From Penicillus capitatus (lineage: Eukaryota; Plantae; Chlorophyta): a stretch of DNA of 64,000 nt. The translations under genes were made by a program, and so were the position numbers. How positions within the stretch are numbered: the stretch's first letter is position 1; each line of letters opens with the position of its first letter. This document shows, piece after piece, positions 58,360 to 64,000 of the stretch. The notes beneath the pieces are model-generated. The model saw only the letters and a list, made by a program, of their open reading frames with translations, ran no database searches and was not told the origin of the DNA. The stretch covers positions 1 to 64,000 of the forward strand of contig OZ287705.1 in the NCBI GenBank assembly GCA_965649825.1, in the 5' to 3' direction.

Positions 58360-58961
58360 GTCGGTGCTACGAAACGAACCTTTGTTTTTCGTTACGGATG
58401 GATCTTCAAGATTCGCAAAACGTCTGGCAGTAAAACAGTGATATCTTTTCTTATCTGTCATTCTTCGTTATAGTCCTTTTCCTTATCAGTACGTCAGACG
58501 AACGATTTGTTCTCCGCTGAAAAATCTTGTTGACTGGATGTGTCTACCATCAGCCAATCTCGCATCGGACACCGTGCACTAATGACTGCACGACTGTAGA
58601 TCGTTGATTCTTCGCAGCTGTTCTTTACCCATCCCATTTTTGGTCCATCTCATTGTGAAGACCTGAAGCAAATCGTCAAACCATGGATTTTATTCTTTCC
58701 CGGTTTCTGTAATGCAGATCTATCCATCCTCGACAACAACTGACGAATCCCCAGAAATCGGATGTTTTCATGACAAATGACCGTCTGTCTTTTTTCCAGA
58801 GATGGACGGAATCTGAACGTGTTCGTCTCGACAGAGAGGTGTCTACGTATGTATTATCCATCTATCGTCCACGCAACATATTAACCAATGCGCGTAACAC
58901 ACTAACGATTCCCTGCATTAAAATGTCACTGTTTTTTTAAGAACAGCCAAAATAGAACATC
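58360..58961. repeat. Conserved 3' flank of PPR cassette (gene X remnant), copy 4
   Basis: Colinear with 46030-46623. Confidence 0.85.
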
Positions 58962-60662
58962 TCAAATTAGCTGCAAAGCACTCAAATGTTCTTGAATCGC
59001 ATCGTTCGGTTTCACTTTCGCTTCCTTCATGTATTCGTGAACTGTCTTCGCGTGTTCTGTGTCACTCGTCTTAGCACAGTGTGCCAACACCGCTTCATAC
59101 GGGCCTTGGGTCGGCGTAATCTCTTCATTCCTTTGCATAGCGTAACGCACAGTCTTCAGCACCTGCACAGCATAGTCCACCTGGTCATGATCCAGTGCGA
59201 GCCGGATCATGGACTGTGTCATCCCAGCAGATGGCCAATCGTGCTTTCCCGTAAAATCAAGCCAGCACTGAAGCGCAAATTTGACATCGGATGCCTTGAG
59301 GCACATGGCAAACCATATCCTGTAGCCACGTAACGTCAATACGACGCGTAACGATTTCATCGTTATCACCACCTCAGATACTTTCGTCATAGCCTCTTCC
59401 TGAGAATAGGCGCCATTCTCCCACAGACGCTGAACAATCTCTAGCTGTGCAGCAATGTTATTTGCATTACGGCCAGCTCCATCCATGTCTTTTTTAGACA
59501 GCTTCGACAAAAATTCCAACGCCTTGCTCATATCTCCTTTTCTCTCGAAGAGTTGCACAATGTCTTCGAATATGATATGGGATGGTTCCAGCTTGAGCTC
59601 CTTCATGCGGTCAAGACAGTAAACAATATGGGTCTCGAGCTCCTCGTCTGTCATCTCCAAGTCCGCCAGCGATCGAAAAACGTAATCAAACGCGGTAAGA
59701 TTGGGGCCCGCATCGATGCTGACAGATTCCTTCAAGTAATCCAGCGCTTCGTCCAACCGTCCCAGCTTGCCATACAGTTTGATCAGAGGCACATAAGTGA
59801 ACGATTCGGGTCTGATATTCTTCGATCGCATCAATGCCATTAAGTCCTTGCACTCCTGCAGGTACGTCTCGCCAGTGTCACTGTCGACGTTTTCGGCATA
59901 GACCTCCAACATGACATTGAAGCTTCGCACATCGTTAGCTCCAAATTTCTCGACCAGTTCATCAAAAGTCTCTTTCGCACGATTCGCGTCTTTCCTACTG
60001 TTGCACACACTGATCAGCGAACGATACGACGCTGGATCGGGTTCAATCGCATAGTCCTTCTGCATCGTGTGAAAGGTCTCGAATGCAGCGTCAACGTCAC
60101 CAGTGTTTGTATACGCGTAGATGAGGGTATTGAACAGGTACTTGTCTGGTTTGATCCCTGACGTCACGAGATCGTCAAAAACCCCTTTCACCATGTTTAT
60201 ATTATTCATCCGTGAATAGGTTTTCATGACCGCTATGTAGATCCCAACGTCGATACTCACACCACGAGATTTCATTTCTTCGAAAAGATCCAGGACGCGA
60301 GAGTAGGAGCGTTCATGCATCAGGCGTCGCATTTCACGACCGTAATCAGCTGTCTTTCTGAGTAGAGGTGGTTTCTTTCGCATTAAGTTCTCCAGCTCTA
60401 GGTTTTGCTCTTCTGGGGCGGCATGAAACCAGCGGTACTGGTACGCGCTTGTCCAGCACAACGCCATTTCGGCGCCTGCGCATTTTGGCAGGAGGGACGA
60501 GTATCTGTGTAGGGTAGCGCAAAGAGGATCGACTGGCGGAATGGCAGATCGCGTCGGGGCAGCGCCTTCGTTGGCGAAAGGCGTTGGCGGAACGGCAAAG
60601 AAACGTGAACGAAAGAGCCAACGCCCGACGTCGGCGTAGTTTCGCGCAGAGCGGCGCATCAT
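58962..60662 (-). CDS. P-type PPR protein, copy 4 (566 aa)
   Basis: Intronless and colinear with copies 1-3; N-terminus nearly identical to copy 2. Confidence 0.95.
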   Translation of the reverse strand: MMRRSARNYADVGRWLFRSRFFAVPPTPFANEGAAPTRSAIPPVDPLCATLHRYSSLLPKCAGAEMALCWTSAYQYRWFHAAPEEQNLELENLMRKKPPLLRKTADYGREMRRLMHERSYSRVLDLFEEMKSRGVSIDVGIYIAVMKTYSRMNNINMVKGVFDDLVTSGIKPDKYLFNTLIYAYTNTGDVDAAFETFHTMQKDYAIEPDPASYRSLISVCNSRKDANRAKETFDELVEKFGANDVRSFNVMLEVYAENVDSDTGETYLQECKDLMALMRSKNIRPESFTYVPLIKLYGKLGRLDEALDYLKESVSIDAGPNLTAFDYVFRSLADLEMTDEELETHIVYCLDRMKELKLEPSHIIFEDIVQLFERKGDMSKALEFLSKLSKKDMDGAGRNANNIAAQLEIVQRLWENGAYSQEEAMTKVSEVVITMKSLRVVLTLRGYRIWFAMCLKASDVKFALQCWLDFTGKHDWPSAGMTQSMIRLALDHDQVDYAVQVLKTVRYAMQRNEEITPTQGPYEAVLAHCAKTSDTEHAKTVHEYMKEAKVKPNDAIQEHLSALQLI

Positions 60663-60759
60663 GGGCGTTTCTCACGTCCTCCGTCAGACGTGACGTATAA
60701 AGGGATCTGCCGAAGATGATTTCTTCGATTTTCTTACTAACGTTTCTACGGTTCGAACG

Positions 60760-61725
60760 ACGATAAGCGCGTGAGCTGCGAAGGAGCAGATGAAAGTGCT
60801 GAAGGTTCGGAACAAGCAACTGCCAAAAACGGTTGAAAACCAGAAGGTAGAACTCGCACAGATGGGGCAGAAAGTCGAGGCGATGGAAGCCAGATCGTGG
60901 GGAAGCAGAATCCAGTGCCCACGACCGCAACACCGAGCTCAAGTTCCATTCTAAAGAAGAAGATCGAGAAGTAGAGATCACATACGAAGACAGCAGACTG
61001 TAGAAGGAAGTGGACAGTTCGCGGAGGAAATAAGAGGTCGAGGCAGCGGCTCAACCAGCCGAACGTAGAGATGGAGGGGATGAAGCGCACGAGCAAACAC
61101 CACGAAGAAGACCATGAGGAGCAGAAGCAACTCAACGCTTACCTTTAAGGAATATTTGGCTGAGCGCGATGTTCATATAGTGACTGGTGAGTGAGTGACT
61201 GTCGGAAACAGCGCATGCTTATGTGAAGTCCCGAGTTCAGAATGAAGAGCCGATGAACGAACTATTAGGGAACGATACCACGATCGGGAATCTCCAACGA
61301 AAGAACGCCGAGGTGAAAGAGAAGCGAGTGAGACAACTTTGCAAGACGGAGTGTAGTTGCAGAGACCTCGAGACGCCTGAAATGGTGAAGTCATTCGCGG
61401 AGAATGTGGAGATCCTCACAAGATGATGCTGTGTGATGCACGCGAAGCAGCTTGTGAAGATTGGTTAGATTATGCAGACAGACTCTAAGAAACGACAAAG
61501 GAGCTAGCTAAAGAGAGTGCAATGGGATCTCACGCATCAGATTGACGGGCGGCGCTTTCAGATGAAGCACGAGATGCGAATGCTTAGCGCATAGTTAAAT
61601 GTTACGCACAGGGACAACGAGGAGACGAACGTGGATAACAAGGAGTTGTAGGATCCAGTTAAAGAAGCCGAGGATGCGAAGGAGGAGCAACGAAAAGCAG
61701 CCGAGTTGCGAAATCGAGGCGATGT
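60760..61725 (+). pseudogene. BRE1: BRE1/HUB1 remnant with a different internal deletion, copy 4
   Basis: Homologous to 10510-10625 joined to ~11735-12556. Multiple stops and frameshifts. Confidence 0.72.
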
Positions 61726-62021
61726 GATGCAATACTCCAGCCCGTCCTCATTCCGAAGCTCACTGGCCAGACAGAACTCTAAGCTCAGCGCGATTTCTTG
61801 ACTCTGCAAGGTATTTCTCAAGCACCCGTTGTAAAATGTGTATACGTCACGAGAATGCACTGGCTTATCATTGCCGACAGAGGCAACATCTCCGGTCGGT
61901 TCTCTGAGGTGTGTTCTGTTAGGACCGGCACGGCTGTCGTCAGACTGAAATCACGAATCTCTTAAAAGGTCATCATCCAACAACAATCAATCAATATAAT
62001 CCGTGCCTTCGCAAAGTTGTG

Positions 62022-64000
62022 ACATTTCTAATCAGATTGCCTGTCTTGTGCTGCCTGGCTTGCACTGGACATTCGTCGTCCAGTATTCCGAGTTCAGAGT
62101 CGAAGTCAAATGCTTGAAGATGTATAACGAAGCATGTCTTTTCTCTGAGCTCCAGAAGGGAGTCGAACAATAGAGAAAAGGTGGCACTGATAGAACGCAC
62201 TCTGTGATTGCCCCCGGTTTGTTTTCGCAGCAGATGTTGTCGCTTTAATACTCTGTGGTTTACTCATGATGTAAAGAGATATTTGCTTTGCTTGCTTGAC
62301 ATCTGTCTGTCGAGGGCTTTGTCGCAAACCGGACACCGCATCGACCTCGCACTCGCCTCGTGTCACAGCGCTGTGAAGATGTCACATCAGAAGGTACGTA
62401 GCTTGTATCTTTCAGGCTGTTTGGAAACAGACACCAAGCGGTGCCGTCAATGCCTTCAAACACCTCGCTGTGCTCTCTGCGTAATAGGAACCGCAAAGAC
62501 GGAACACGAAGCGAGATTCGCTGAGAATTCGGTTCTGACGTTCAGGCCATTCTTCCGTCACTAAGCGCCGCACGACTGCTGCTGTGAAGTAAGTATCCCA
62601 GAGTTCGTTGTGGCCAGCCAGCCCTTGTAGCCATTTTGTCCTGTGGGATTTCTTTTCTATGGCGGGACGCTCGATGAGGGAATGAATGTTTTAGTGTCCA
62701 GCGCGAAAATGGACGACAGATGTGTCATCGTCATTCAATGCAGACGAGCAGACGATGCGCAACTGTAAAGCACCTGTCGCTGTCGTCACTGTAGAGAACG
62801 TCGCGTGTTGTTGACGGAGTCCATTCATTTGCCGTTGTTTCATTGGTTCCATCGCCCAACGAGGCTCCACGATCTTCCGTCTCTTGTACGCAACGAGAGT
62901 GACCTCTGTCGCTGCAGGGATCGTAGAAGCGCTTCTGATACTTTCGTGATCCGTCAGTCGAACTCGTCTCTGCCCGAGAGAGCATGAGAAGTGTTTCAAA
63001 CATGAGTTGCTCTTACACAACTGAGCGCCGACACTCACGGCGAACTTGACAGGCGGTTGCAAAGTCGGACATTGTTTGTCGAATTCGCTCTGCTCGGAGA
63101 GAGAGCGACATGAGAGAAAAAAGGCCATTCGAAAGCGGCATGACAGCGCTGCCCGTGGCAAGAATAGAAGCACGGACAATAATCCGGCAATGGTGTTGGC
63201 CACCGAGACGCATGAAAGCGACAGGAACGACAAGAAAATAAAAACAGTGGATACAGAATAAGCCAGCACAACGTGAGGAACATCGACAACAGCAGCTACC
63301 AAAAATCACCCTCGACCTACGGCCATTCTAGGCGTCTTCTGCAGCATACGCACAACTTAAATATCCGTTAAGTACGTCGTCTATGGCGCATCTTAGTGGA
63401 AAACTGGAAAAAAGAGATGGCGTGATGGGACTAGCTACTCGATAAAAGTAGCAGTTTGGTCCACGGAAGTCGCCACGCCGAGGATTCCGTTGTCAGTTAA
63501 CAGTCCAGTACCCGCCATGCTTGTCTGGTTAATGACAGACCAGAGGAACGAAACTATCGTGTTCGTCTCACTAAATTCGATTGTGATGGAGCCCGCGAAC
63601 ACACACGTCGTCTCGTTGAATTGTGCCACAAGGGCGAAAGGAAACAGAGTGAAACCCGGAATAATCGAAGACGTAGCGCTCTGCCCGTCCCTGCGATGGA
63701 AGTGTTAGCGTGAGCGAATATTAGAGCTTGAGTACCGTTGTAGATGTTTTCCGCCACCTCAGACATGTTGACGTTGTAAGTAAGAGGGTCGTCCGGAGTA
63801 ATAGACACTATCAAGCTCCCATTTGTCGGAGGTTCGCACGGCGATGCGTTGAGCTCGGCAAATCCAGAAGGCCGTGAAGTCTTCACTTCATCTACTACGT
63901 AGGCTTCCGTGGCCGTCCACAAGGCGGCGGTCGTTACGAGGCCGACGAGGAAAACTACACAAAGAAGGATGTCTCGTCGGGTTGGACAGCGCAAGGTGTT
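62022..64000. repeat. Segmental duplication C, copy 2 (runs off the window end)
   Basis: Colinear with 23725 onwards. Confidence 0.92.
63435..64000 (-). CDS. Signal-anchor/secreted glycoprotein of unknown family (5' end beyond window; may splice on into downstream hydrophobic exons)
   Basis: LLCVVFLVGLVTTAALW hydrophobic segment followed by N-glycosylation sequons NAS, NGS, NMS, NGT, NTS, NET, NQT. Confidence 0.55.

Noticed and set aside
36732-60662. PPR copies as assembly or haplotype artefacts
   Set aside because: The copies differ by many substitutions, indels and distinct flanking deletions, well beyond allelic or read-error levels.

Overview
This is 64 kb of a compact eukaryotic nuclear genome with short introns (mostly ~45-60 nt, GT-AG, occasional GC-AG). 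It is most likely a green alga (inference from AP2/ERF, plant-type reticulon, SnRK2-like kinase, transit-peptide TLDc and METH sequences). The window looks like a gene birth-and-death hotspot. (1) A three-gene cassette [BRE1/HUB1 > | < PPR | < unknown gene X] occurs four times. Only the intronless, organelle-targeted P-type PPR gene is intact in every copy; the PPR paralogues differ at RNA-recognition code positions, are mosaic, and one has gained a new repeat, much like plant restorer-of-fertility-like clusters. (2) An uncharacterised family has three pseudokinases (catalytic HRD Asp lost in three different ways) fused to a shared ~180-200 aa beta-rich C-terminal domain, plus a fourth member with that domain and no kinase. 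(3) A tandem cathepsin Z has an active first domain and a dead second domain. Also present: apparently intact GCFC/ILP1, AP2/ERF, reticulon, TLDc and SnRK2-like kinase genes, a VPS33 pseudogene, PPIL3 and METH fragments, two further segmental duplications, a perfect 39-bp inverted repeat and AT-rich islands. Exon boundaries were read by eye and no database searches were run, so family names come from remembered motifs.
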